64,000 bases of DNA from Gammaproteobacteria bacterium. GTDB lineage: Bacteria > Pseudomonadota > Gammaproteobacteria > Pseudomonadales > Halieaceae. Positions 1-9,014 of the stretch are shown piece by piece; the first letter of the stretch is position 1; each line of letters opens with the position of its first letter. Position numbers and translations under genes: made by a program. The stretch covers positions 3,339 through 67,338 of the forward strand of contig JAACDF010000099.1 in NCBI GenBank assembly GCA_009937065.1. The letters run 5' to 3'. Under the pieces are notes generated by a model, which was not told the DNA's origin, made no database searches, and worked only from the letters and a program-made list of their open reading frames with translations.

Positions 1-169
1 AGGCTTTTCTCCTGCTTATCTAAATTCATGGGCGTATATTTTCTCTTTTAAGTTAATAATGGGAGAAATTATCTTTTTTTAGGGCTTTTTCCAATCAATT
101 AGGTGAATTTCTCCTGAGTGCTTTTTGTAACCTCATGCTTGCGATAGTGCTTAGTAAGAGGGGAAAACC

Positions 170-1246
170 GTGGCTGACTTGTTTGACAACCCCATGGGGC
201 TGGACGGGTTTGAATTTGTCGAGTACTCGGCAACTGATCGAGGACTGCTCGAGCCTGTATTTGAGATGATGGGGTTCAGGCATGTGGCGAATCATCGATC
301 GAAAGATGTCGCGCTCTGGCGTCAGGGTGACATCAATTTCATTATCAATTATGAGCAGGAGTCGCCCGCCTACTTCTATGCCATGGAGCATGGCCCGTCA
401 GCCTGCGGCATGGCATTTCGAGTACAGGATGCCAAAACAGCCTACACACGTGCATTAGAACTCGGGGCGCAACCCATTGATGTGCAAACAGGTCCCATGG
501 AGCTGAAACTACCCGCCATCAAGGGCATTGGCGGCGCACTGCTGTATCTCATCGATCGCTACGAAGCGGGCGCTTCAATCTATGACATCGACTTTGAATA
601 CTTACCTGGCGTCGACCCATACCCCAGGGGCTGTGGCTTCAAAGTCATCGATCACCTCACACACAACGTTTACCGGGGTCGGATGGATTACTGGGCTAAT
701 TTCTATGAGCGCCTGTTTAACTTTCGAGAAATCCGGTACTTCGACATTAAAGGTGAATACACAGGGTTAAAATCGAAGGCCCTTACCGCACCCGATGGCA
801 AAATTCGCATACCGCTTAATGAAGAGGGTGGTACTGGCGGCCAGATTGAGGAGTATCTGATTAAGTACAACGGTGAGGGCATCCAGCATATTGCCTTCTC
901 GTGTGACGATCTCTTTGACTGCTGGGACAAATTGAAAGCAAAAGGGGTTCCGTTTATGACGGCGCCCCCCGACACCTATTACGAAATGCTCGAGGAACGA
1001 CTACCCGGCCATGGCGAATCGGTAGACGCGCTGCAGTCTCGCGGCATCTTATTAGATGGCACGACCAGCGATGATGAGCCGCGCCTACTCCTGCAGATTT
1101 TCTCTGAGACCCTGATTGGCCCCATCTTTTTTGAGTTTATCCAGCGCAAAGAAGACGAAGGGTTTGGAGAGGGGAATTTCCAGGCACTGTTCGAGTCAAT
1201 GGAGCGTGATCAAATGCGCCGAGGCGCCTTGAGTGCCGGGCAGTAA
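170..1246 (+). CDS. hppD: 4-hydroxyphenylpyruvate dioxygenase
   Basis: 358-aa ORF with a GTG start preceded by an AGAGGGG SD. The N-terminus [19 protein letters not shown] and the C-terminal [26 protein letters not shown] are hallmark HPPD sequences. Confidence 0.95.
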   Translation: MADLFDNPMGLDGFEFVEYSATDRGLLEPVFEMMGFRHVANHRSKDVALWRQGDINFIINYEQESPAYFYAMEHGPSACGMAFRVQDAKTAYTRALELGAQPIDVQTGPMELKLPAIKGIGGALLYLIDRYEAGASIYDIDFEYLPGVDPYPRGCGFKVIDHLTHNVYRGRMDYWANFYERLFNFREIRYFDIKGEYTGLKSKALTAPDGKIRIPLNEEGGTGGQIEEYLIKYNGEGIQHIAFSCDDLFDCWDKLKAKGVPFMTAPPDTYYEMLEERLPGHGESVDALQSRGILLDGTTSDDEPRLLLQIFSETLIGPIFFEFIQRKEDEGFGEGNFQALFESMERDQMRRGALSAGQ

Positions 1247-1266
1247 CGACAAAGAAGGGGCGCACT

Positions 1267-1812
1267 ATGGACATTAAGCGAATCCATCATGTGGCTTATC
1301 GTTGCAACGACGCCAAAGAGACGGTTGAGTTTTATCAACGCGTACTGGGCATGGATTTCCAATTAGCCATTGCAGAGAACGAGGTGCCTTCGACAAAGGC
1401 ACCTGACCCATACATGCATGTGTTTCTGGATGCAGGCATGGGTAATGTTTTGGCGTTTTTCGAGTTGCCCAATTCACCTCAAATGGGGGTTGATCCCAAT
1501 ACTCCTAACTGGGTTCAGCACATTGCCTTCGAAGTCGAGACTTTTGAGCACTTGATGAGAGCAAAAGCCAAAATTGAGGCCGAGGGCGTCGAGGTCTTGG
1601 GGCCAACCAATCACGGCATTTTCCAATCGATCTACTTCCGAGATCCCAATGGCCACCGGCTTGAACTTGCGGTGAACACACAAACACCTGAGGAGATGAC
1701 AGAGCTTCGCCGCGTGGCCCCAGAAATGCTCGACGAGTGGCATCAAACCCGCCAAGCACCGCGTCATGCTGCCTGGCTTCACAAAAAAGAATTTAATCCG
1801 GAGACTGTATGA
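1267..1812 (+). CDS. VOC (glyoxalase/bleomycin-resistance/extradiol dioxygenase) family protein
   Basis: 181 aa with an AAGGGG SD 6 nt upstream. HHVAY, VQHIAFEV and HRLELAV give the H/H/E metal-triad spacing of the VOC fold. The stop overlaps the next start (ATGA). Confidence 0.85.
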   Translation: MDIKRIHHVAYRCNDAKETVEFYQRVLGMDFQLAIAENEVPSTKAPDPYMHVFLDAGMGNVLAFFELPNSPQMGVDPNTPNWVQHIAFEVETFEHLMRAKAKIEAEGVEVLGPTNHGIFQSIYFRDPNGHRLELAVNTQTPEEMTELRRVAPEMLDEWHQTRQAPRHAAWLHKKEFNPETV

Positions 1813-2801
1813 AACTGGCGAGCTTAAAATCGGGGCGAGATGGACGCTTAATCGTCGTTTCGAAAGACCTGTCTCGAGCGGTGGAAGCGACACCCATTGC
1901 GGCAACACTGCAGGCGGCTCTGGACGACTGGAACACCGCATCGACGGAACTCGTAAAACTCTACCACGAACTCAACGCTGGAGCCGTTGCCCACAGCTTT
2001 GAGTTTGATGCTACACAGTGCGATGCCGCACTGCCGAGGGCCTATCACTGGGCCGATGGCAGCGCGTACGTCACGCACGTCGAGTTGGTCAGAAAGGCCC
2101 GCGGCGCTGAGTTACCCGAATCATTCTGGTCCGACCCCCTGGTCTATATGGGCGCTTCAGATGCCTTTTTAGGTCCGACTGATGATGTCCCGGTCGAGCG
2201 TGAAGCCTGGGGAATCGATTTCGAAGCCGAAGTCATTGTCATCACTGACGATGTACCCGCTGGTATTTCACCCGAGCAGGCAGCGAAACACATTCAACTG
2301 ATAGGACTGGTCAATGATGTCTCGCTGCGTAATCTGATTCCCGGAGAGCTTGGCAAACAGTTTGGTTTTTATCAGTCGAAACCCTGGACAAGTTTCAGTC
2401 CGGTCGTTGTCACTCCCGATGAGTTGGGCGAGGCCTGGGACGGGGCAAAAGTACATTTACCCCTACGCGCCACCCTGAACGGCACCTTAGTGGGCGCACC
2501 AAATGCCGGCGTGGACATGACCTTCGACTTTTGCACATTGATTGCTCACTGCGCAAAATCACGCGACCTCATGACAGGCACCGTTATTGGTTCAGGCACG
2601 GTCTCCAACGTGGGTAGCGAGCACGGCTCCTGTTGCCTCGCTGAGGTCCGCTGCCTCGAGACTATAGCCGACGGAGCCCCACACACACCCTTTATGTCAT
2701 TTGGTGATCGCATCGAAATCGAGATGCTTGATGATGACGGGCTGTCGATTTTCGGAAAAATCGACCAGCGCGTAGTGCAATACCAGCCACCGATTGACTA
2801 A
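1809..2801 (+). CDS. fumarylacetoacetate hydrolase (FAH) family protein, short ~330-aa type
   Basis: 330 aa. N-terminus MKLASLKSGRDGRLIVVSKD and FAH-fold C-terminal half (GIDFEAEVIVI, GTVIGSGTVSN). Sits between hppD and maiA. Confidence 0.88.
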   Translation: MKLASLKSGRDGRLIVVSKDLSRAVEATPIAATLQAALDDWNTASTELVKLYHELNAGAVAHSFEFDATQCDAALPRAYHWADGSAYVTHVELVRKARGAELPESFWSDPLVYMGASDAFLGPTDDVPVEREAWGIDFEAEVIVITDDVPAGISPEQAAKHIQLIGLVNDVSLRNLIPGELGKQFGFYQSKPWTSFSPVVVTPDELGEAWDGAKVHLPLRATLNGTLVGAPNAGVDMTFDFCTLIAHCAKSRDLMTGTVIGSGTVSNVGSEHGSCCLAEVRCLETIADGAPHTPFMSFGDRIEIEMLDDDGLSIFGKIDQRVVQYQPPID

Positions 2802-2804
2802 GAC

Positions 2805-3494
2805 ATGCAGCTTTACTCCTACTTCAGGTCCTCAGCGGCCTATCGCCTCAGAATCGCGCTCGAACTTAAAGGTCTCGACTACGACTATTCGGCAGTCAAC
2901 CTTCTTAAATCTGAGCAAGCAGAAGATCACTACCGGCCCTTAAATCCCATTGGGCTGGTTCCCGCACTGCAGCTCGACTCCCATGACGTGCTCAGCCAAT
3001 CGGTTGCCATTCTCGAGTGGCTTGAGGAGCAATACCCGAGCCCAGCTTTGTTGCCGACTGATGCGATGGCTCGCGCCAGAGTGCGTGCGTTCGTCAACGT
3101 GATTGCCTGCGATATTCACCCAATCTGCAATCTATCCGTTACCCAATATCTGAAAAGCGAGTTTGGCGCAGATCAGAGCGCCGTTCTGAACTGGTACCGC
3201 CGCTGGATGTCTCGTGGCTTTGGGGCGCTCGAGACACTCGCCACTGCGACACAAGGCGCATTTTGCATGGGCGAGTCTGTATCGTTAGCCGATGTCTGTC
3301 TGATCCCTCAGCTCTACAATGCCAACCGGTTTGGCATCGAACTCGAACCCTACCCCACGCTAACCGCCATCAACACGCATTGCCTGACACTGGAGGCTTT
3401 CCAGAGGGCGGCACCTGAGCAGCAACCGGATTCCCCAGAAGGCCATGCTCGCGTCAATGATCGTCAGTCGAAACTCCATCGAGACGGTCAGTGA
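2805..3494 (+). CDS. maiA: maleylacetoacetate isomerase (zeta-class GST)
   Basis: N-terminus MQLYSYFRSSAAYRLRIALELKGLDY carries the zeta-GST SSxxxRxRIAL motif. Lies 3 nt after the FAH gene. About 15 aa longer at the C-terminus than I would expect. Confidence 0.9.
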   Translation: MQLYSYFRSSAAYRLRIALELKGLDYDYSAVNLLKSEQAEDHYRPLNPIGLVPALQLDSHDVLSQSVAILEWLEEQYPSPALLPTDAMARARVRAFVNVIACDIHPICNLSVTQYLKSEFGADQSAVLNWYRRWMSRGFGALETLATATQGAFCMGESVSLADVCLIPQLYNANRFGIELEPYPTLTAINTHCLTLEAFQRAAPEQQPDSPEGHARVNDRQSKLHRDGQ

Positions 3495-3495
3495 C

Positions 3496-5211
3496 ATGAC
3501 ACAGCAAGCGTTGATCGACAGCCTGCCACAGCACCTTCGCCCATTTGTGAAGCGCCAGAACTACGAGCAATACACACCTCAGGATCATGCCGCTTGGCGC
3601 TTCATTATGTCGGAGCTCACAGATCAGTTAGCCGAAAGTGCACACCCCGTGTATTTGGAAGGACTGGCCAGGACCGGTATATCCCTCGATCACATACCGT
3701 CTATCGAGGAAATGAACGACTGCCTGCGCGACTTGGATTGGCGTGCTGTCGTGGTGGATGGCTTCATCCCTCCCGCTATTTTTATGGAATTTCAGGCACT
3801 CAAGATTCTGGTCATTGCACTGGACATGCGCAGTGCTGATCATCTCTTGTACACACCTGCCCCCGACATTGTGCATGAGTCTGCGGGGCACGCGCCGTTT
3901 ATTGTAGATATCGATTACGCAGAGTTTCTTCAGCGTTTCGGTGAAGTGGGTATGAAAGCTATTTCGACCAAAGCGGACTTGGAGCAATACGAGGTCATAC
4001 GCCAGCTGTCCATTCTAAAGGCATGCCCTGATAGTAAAGACGAGGACATTGCTAAAACCGAACAGATTTTGAAGGATCTGCGTGAGCGCGATGACACACC
4101 TTCTGAAGCAGCCCTGTTAACCCGGCTTCACTGGTGGACGGTTGAGTACGGACTGGTTGGGTCAATAGAAGACTACAAGATCTTTGGCGCCGGACTGCTT
4201 TCATCACTCGGGGAGAGCCGACGCTGCGTCGATGACCGCCGTGTGCGAAAGATACCCCTAACCGTTAACGCCGTTAACACACCATACGATATCACCACTG
4301 AGCAACCACAACTGTTTGTCACGAAGAGCTGCAAACACCTGACACAGGTTCTTGAGGAGTTTGCGGCCTCCATGTGCTTTGTGAAAGGTGGTGCAGAGTC
4401 GGTACAAAAAGCCATCGGGGCCGAGAGTGTGTGTACCGCAGTTTACGACTCGGGCTTGCAAGTGAGTGGGCGCTTCAGCGAGGTGCTCTGTGACGTCGTT
4501 GGCAACGCTACCTACATACGAACGGAGGGACCCACTCAGCTCGCGTACAAGGATAAGGAGCTTTTCGAGCATGGTGTCGACACCCACGCTCAAGGTTTCG
4601 GATCGCCTGTGGGTCGTCTCAAGGACTTTCACCGGTGTCTATCGGAATACTCGGTGGATGAACTCAAAACCCACGGCATCCGCGTGGGTGAAAGGGTTGA
4701 TCTCGCGTACCTTTCCGGCATTACCGTTAGCGGAATACTTAGGGAAATCGTTCGCCATGATCACCGTAACCTTCTGCTGTCCTTTGATGACTGCTCGGTG
4801 ACTGATCTTGAGGGACAGGTCCTGTTTTCACCCGACTGGGGCGTCTACGATCTCGCAGTAGGCTCCACGATTGCGTCGGTATTCGGCGGCGTGGCTGATA
4901 GAGAGAAACTCCAGCTCTTCCGGCCTACTCCAAGCGGTACTGCAACAAACCTCAGGGTTGATGAGAATCTTATGAAGGCCTATAGCGCCGTTGCTGACTT
5001 AAACACCCGGGCGAAACCTGTCGACGTCGACGAGCTTGCCCCTGAGCTTACAAACATACTTAGCAAATATCCCAATGACTGGCTCATTCGCTCAGAGTTA
5101 CTGAAAGCTGCCGCACCGGGCCTGAAGACATCATTGAACGAGCAGCTGCGGGCTATCATCGAACGCTCCCCTGACACTGAAGCGATCATCCAGAGGGTCC
5201 TCCACCACTAA
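3496..5211 (+). CDS. aromatic amino acid hydroxylase (phenylalanine-4-hydroxylase-like), long form with C-terminal extension
   Basis: Biopterin-dependent hydroxylase iron ligands are present: PDIVHESAGHAPF (H-x4-H) and LHWWTVEYGLVG (Glu). I chose the ATG at 3496, 1 nt after the maiA stop. The ORF track's upstream ATG at 3445 would overlap maiA by 50 nt. Confidence 0.8.
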   Translation: MTQQALIDSLPQHLRPFVKRQNYEQYTPQDHAAWRFIMSELTDQLAESAHPVYLEGLARTGISLDHIPSIEEMNDCLRDLDWRAVVVDGFIPPAIFMEFQALKILVIALDMRSADHLLYTPAPDIVHESAGHAPFIVDIDYAEFLQRFGEVGMKAISTKADLEQYEVIRQLSILKACPDSKDEDIAKTEQILKDLRERDDTPSEAALLTRLHWWTVEYGLVGSIEDYKIFGAGLLSSLGESRRCVDDRRVRKIPLTVNAVNTPYDITTEQPQLFVTKSCKHLTQVLEEFAASMCFVKGGAESVQKAIGAESVCTAVYDSGLQVSGRFSEVLCDVVGNATYIRTEGPTQLAYKDKELFEHGVDTHAQGFGSPVGRLKDFHRCLSEYSVDELKTHGIRVGERVDLAYLSGITVSGILREIVRHDHRNLLLSFDDCSVTDLEGQVLFSPDWGVYDLAVGSTIASVFGGVADREKLQLFRPTPSGTATNLRVDENLMKAYSAVADLNTRAKPVDVDELAPELTNILSKYPNDWLIRSELLKAAAPGLKTSLNEQLRAIIERSPDTEAIIQRVLHH

Positions 5212-5411
5212 AACAAGATACCGTCTGACACCCTCCCCATCTCTACAGCATGGATAGGAGCAACACGCTTGTACCAGCGACGAGTGCACTGGATGCCTTC
5301 AGCAGTAAGTCATTAAATCTCTGTCAGCTAAAAAATCGATACGCAAGTGATATTAGCGACGGATACGTTAACAAGGCTAGCAGCACGCGGCTGACTTTGA
5401 GTCAACTGATC

Positions 5412-6362
5412 TTAAGTGTCTCGCTTAAGCCCAAGGGCCTTTAACAACTTATAGCGAATGGTCGGCAGGATGACCTTACGACCCACTTTCGACCACTGAA
5501 CAACCCCCGTTTGAAATGACGCTTTAGCAAAAAGCTTTTCGGCGTAAGCCGAAATGATGGAGTCGTCCTTCCACAACAGCGGTTGAAGCCCCACCCACTG
5601 CAAGCGATACAAGACCGCACCCCACTGAACATCAGCGAGACTAAAGGCATCGCTCGCAAGCCATCCGCCATCGGCAAACTGCCCTGACGCTAATTGGTGC
5701 GCTAGGTCTTCGAGTTCAACTCTCGTGGAGTCGACAATGGCAGACATCTGACCCGGCGCAACCATTGCCTCTTTTGTCGCCTCAATAACTGCGCGCTTCT
5801 TTTCATAGGCCGCCTTCAGTGTGGGATCTTTTTTATAGGTCTCAATCAATCCGGATAACAGGTCGACTTTGTCTTGGTGGGAGCGCCCGCTGTCAGAAGC
5901 GTTCCCGATTGGAAAGGGCTTTTTGACCCCGTCGATATGGCCGTACGTCAGCGCCTCAATAAACAAGCCGGCAGCCTTATCAACCCAGTAGTTAACGAGC
6001 GCTTTTTCCTCCTCAGAGGTCTCAAAGCATTGATTGGCAGTGCCGAAACGGGTGGCGAGAAGGTCGAGAATGTTGATGGTATCGGTGGTGACCTTGCCAT
6101 CGATGACCAAGGTCGGTACGACGCATCGAGAATTAATCCGCACATAGCTGGGTGAAAACTGCTGGTGGCCGGGTAGCAAGATGGGGTGCGACTGCCATCC
6201 AATCCCTAACTCGTCGAGACCCTGACGGACCTTTTGGGAATCGAGGGACAGCGGGAAGTGGTAGAGATGAATACCTTGTTGCGGCGCCCACTGATTCGGG
6301 ACCTCGGTGAGAGGCGTATCAACCAGGTTCGGGTCGGTCACATAGACAGGCTTCAGACGCAC
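5412..6362 (-). CDS. glutathione S-transferase family protein
   Basis: 316 aa with a GTG start and GGAGGG SD. Thioredoxin-like GST N-domain (IHLYHFPLSLDSQKVRQGL...VVPTLVIDGK) followed by a helical C-domain. Confidence 0.7.
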   Translation of the reverse strand: MRLKPVYVTDPNLVDTPLTEVPNQWAPQQGIHLYHFPLSLDSQKVRQGLDELGIGWQSHPILLPGHQQFSPSYVRINSRCVVPTLVIDGKVTTDTINILDLLATRFGTANQCFETSEEEKALVNYWVDKAAGLFIEALTYGHIDGVKKPFPIGNASDSGRSHQDKVDLLSGLIETYKKDPTLKAAYEKKRAVIEATKEAMVAPGQMSAIVDSTRVELEDLAHQLASGQFADGGWLASDAFSLADVQWGAVLYRLQWVGLQPLLWKDDSIISAYAEKLFAKASFQTGVVQWSKVGRKVILPTIRYKLLKALGLKRDT

Positions 6363-6398
6363 TGGGGCCCTCCTCTACTCTCTCGCCAGTTGACGACG

Positions 6399-6794
6399 TC
6401 AGTCACGGGATGGCCTGCACAGCAGCGGGACAAGATAAAGCCAACCCAAAACCGGCACGGGCAACACCCACAACAGGCACCACCAGCCCGATTTACCCCC
6501 GTCATGCAACCGTCTTATTGTGACTGCAATGGTGGGTATGGCCATGATGGGCCGATAGAGGAGTACGAGCACCCCCACATTAGGATCGACCATTCCCATG
6601 GGTATGTAGTGCCCTAGCGGTAGCTCCCGGATATCCACTGTTGCAATAACAAGAAATTGATCAACGACTGCAACCACTAGGTACAACACGATGAACAGCA
6701 GCATGAAGTACCAAAACTCGGACCGCGATGATCGGCCGCTGAAATCAAAGCAACGTGTGAAACCCGCTATCGACGCCTGAATGAAACTAGTCAT
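6399..6794 (-). CDS. DUF805 inner-membrane protein (YhaH-like)
   Basis: 131 aa. GRSSRSEFWYFML and RRLHDGGKSGWW are the signature DUF805 motifs, with 3-4 TM helices. Confidence 0.85.
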   Translation of the reverse strand: MTSFIQASIAGFTRCFDFSGRSSRSEFWYFMLLFIVLYLVVAVVDQFLVIATVDIRELPLGHYIPMGMVDPNVGVLVLLYRPIMAIPTIAVTIRRLHDGGKSGWWCLLWVLPVPVLGWLYLVPLLCRPSRD

Positions 6795-6854
6795 GCCCCC
6801 ATTACTAACACGCTCCCTATGCGGCTGTCATGCGAGCACAGACCAAAAACGGTA

Positions 6855-7829
6855 TTAGCCGACAATGCGGCGAAATGCCTGCTTATGTCCGTCGATGAAT
6901 CGATGTTTCAGTGCCCCTGCGACGTGTGCACCCAAAATAAGGTAGACCAACGTGGGCAATAAGTACTTATGAAACGACCCCCAAGCGATGGTTGCCGAGT
7001 CGCTAGACCCCCAGAAAGGTCCGAACTCCCACGCGAAGAAAAAGGTGGGATAGCCATGGAAACTTGTCATCACAAATCCGGTGATCGGGACCGCTACCAT
7101 TGCCACATACAATGCGCCATGGGCAAACTTTGCGACCCTCCGCTCAGTCGGTTTCAAGGCCGCATCTAAAGCCGGCCGAGGCGATAGTCGGTTCCACACT
7201 AAACGGGCAAAAACTAGCCCAATGACCACCACGCCTATCGTTTTGTGCACCACGTAATAGGCGTTCCGAAAGCTAGTTCCCTCTGGAATGATCGAAGCAA
7301 AAATACCCATGGGTATCAGGGCGATGAATAGAATTGCAATCGTCCAGTGCAGAAAGCGCGACACCTGCCCGTACCGGTCAGCGTCGTTTTCACGCCCAAG
7401 CATAAGCACGTTCGAGTCATGCAGTTGGCGATAGGCGACCAACGCGAGCCAAGCAGCGGCCGCGGCCGCAACCACCGCTTGCCCCAATAACAGCGCTGGC
7501 TTAGCCGAGTCGAGTGGCGTTTGGTTGGGCTTGGGGTTTTCCAGAATCCCCGTGTTCATGACAAACAGGAAAAACCAGCCCGCAACGGCAGCACACAAAA
7601 AAGCGGCCGTTGCCGTACCCAGTGCTCGAGCCTTGGCTGCTTTCGCATTGAGTAAACCTGCGACAACGATGGCGCTCACCAGGATAGCGAGCGCCGCAAG
7701 GCTATCGAGATGACCCTCAATACGCTCAGTCTCTCCCGATGCGCTTGCAGCCAGATTTATCGTCTCCGCCAGCCCCACTGCTGGCTGAAGAATCCATGCC
7801 AACACCCCTATCGACATTAATAAGCGCAT
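6855..7829 (-). CDS. cytochrome b561 family protein with N-terminal membrane extension
   Basis: The C-terminal ~175 aa has a 4-TM b561/Ni-hydrogenase-cyt-b pattern with conserved His residues (FLHWTIAILF, VVHKTIG, FAHGALY, GAHVAGALKH). GGGGGAG SD 7 nt upstream. Confidence 0.7.
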   Translation of the reverse strand: MRLLMSIGVLAWILQPAVGLAETINLAASASGETERIEGHLDSLAALAILVSAIVVAGLLNAKAAKARALGTATAAFLCAAVAGWFFLFVMNTGILENPKPNQTPLDSAKPALLLGQAVVAAAAAAWLALVAYRQLHDSNVLMLGRENDADRYGQVSRFLHWTIAILFIALIPMGIFASIIPEGTSFRNAYYVVHKTIGVVVIGLVFARLVWNRLSPRPALDAALKPTERRVAKFAHGALYVAMVAVPITGFVMTSFHGYPTFFFAWEFGPFWGSSDSATIAWGSFHKYLLPTLVYLILGAHVAGALKHRFIDGHKQAFRRIVG

Positions 7830-7883
7830 AAACCATCTCCCCCAGATGCTAAAAACACTCGAGCATTGGCTCGTGCGAATTCT

Positions 7884-8882
7884 CTATAGCTTTACAATCA
7901 ACTTACCGCGATTACCGCCGGTAAAGAACAGGTTGAGCCCTTCAATAGAAGACTCGATCCCCTCGAGCACATGACTTCGGTATTTCACTTTGCCGGACAT
8001 GACGTAGGGCGCTAACTGCTCGAGCAAGGCGGGAATCTCTTCGTAGTGATCGGGCACTGTGAAGCCACGAACCGAGAGGCGCTTCTTAACCATGGGTATC
8101 CAGTTGGGGCCCGGTGAAGGCTCTTCAGCAATGTAGTCAGCAATCATGCCGCAAACCACAATCCGCCCATGGGCATTCATGCGATCAAAGACGGCCTGCT
8201 GAATGGGGCCGCCCGTATTTTCGAAGTAGATATCAACCCCATTGGGGGTCAGTTCCGCCAACTGAGAAGCACGGTCATCCGACTTATAGTTAACCGCACC
8301 ATCGAAGCCCAGGTCATCGACAATCCAGGCACACTTTTCAGCGTCACCGGCGATACCAATAACGCGAAGACCATCCGCCTTGGCAAGCTGCCCCACCAAT
8401 GAACCGACAGACCCAGCTGCACCACTGACCACAAGGGTTTCGCCTGCTTTTGGATCACCAAATCCATACAGGCCCTTCATCGCGGTAATCCCTGGAAGTG
8501 CAAAAATAGACAGCACGGTCTCTTCATCGACGCCCTCGGGTACCTTACTTAGACCTGCACCGTCACTGAGACAGTATTCTGTCCAGCCCATCATGCCTCG
8601 GACCCGGTCGCCGACCGCAAAATCCGGGTGCTGACTGTCGACAACTTGGCCAATGCCAGAGGAGCGCATTACCTCTCCTAACCCAACAGGAGGCACATAA
8701 CTTTCGGTATCGGGGCTCATCCAGCCAATCATTGCGGGATCCAGCGACATGTGAGTCTGCTTCACAAGCAGCTGCCCAGCTCCCACTGTGGGAACTTCCT
8801 GCGTCACGACCTCAAAAAGATCACTGGTAATGGGACCGGGTGTTGGTCGCGCTACGAGATTAATTTGCTTGTATGAACTCAT
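7884..8882 (-). CDS. NADP-dependent oxidoreductase, MDR superfamily (YncB/CurA-like alkenal/one reductase)
   Basis: 332 aa. Rossmann motif VSGAAGSVGSLVGQLAK and a C-terminus ...GGNRGKLIVKL typical of this subfamily. AGGGGG SD. Confidence 0.85.
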   Translation of the reverse strand: MSSYKQINLVARPTPGPITSDLFEVVTQEVPTVGAGQLLVKQTHMSLDPAMIGWMSPDTESYVPPVGLGEVMRSSGIGQVVDSQHPDFAVGDRVRGMMGWTEYCLSDGAGLSKVPEGVDEETVLSIFALPGITAMKGLYGFGDPKAGETLVVSGAAGSVGSLVGQLAKADGLRVIGIAGDAEKCAWIVDDLGFDGAVNYKSDDRASQLAELTPNGVDIYFENTGGPIQQAVFDRMNAHGRIVVCGMIADYIAEEPSPGPNWIPMVKKRLSVRGFTVPDHYEEIPALLEQLAPYVMSGKVKYRSHVLEGIESSIEGLNLFFTGGNRGKLIVKL

Positions 8883-8976
8883 TGGAAGCCCCCTGTTTGG
8901 TCATTAGGTATTGTGGTAAAAATTGATTATTACCCCTGCTCAAGCGATTATATAGAGCGTTGAAACGCAATTTCTT

Positions 8977-8991
8977 TTGTCAAAAAGACAA
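8977..8991. promoter_or_regulatory. candidate LysR-type binding site (perfect inverted repeat TTGTC-N5-GACAA, T-N11-A compatible)
   Basis: TTGTCAAAAAGACAA lies in the 132-bp divergent region between the oxidoreductase and the LysR gene. Confidence 0.3.
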
Positions 8992-9014
8992 TAATATGGG
9001 GCACCACAGCGCGA

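Noticed and set aside
1474-1941. 155-aa minus-strand ORF across the VOC/FAH junction
   Set aside because: It is antisense to two translationally coupled, motif-bearing genes.
3445-3495. Upstream ATG start for the aromatic amino acid hydroxylase (track coordinates)
   Set aside because: It would overlap maiA by 50 nt. The ATG at 3496 sits 1 nt after the maiA stop, matching the tight spacing of the rest of the operon. I cannot exclude it without orthologue alignment.
5212-5444. 64-aa ORF (5250-5444) and possible terminators in the convergent spacer after the hydroxylase gene
   Set aside because: The ORF has no SD, overlaps the GST gene's 3' end and has an unconvincing composition. No stem plus T-tract was found.
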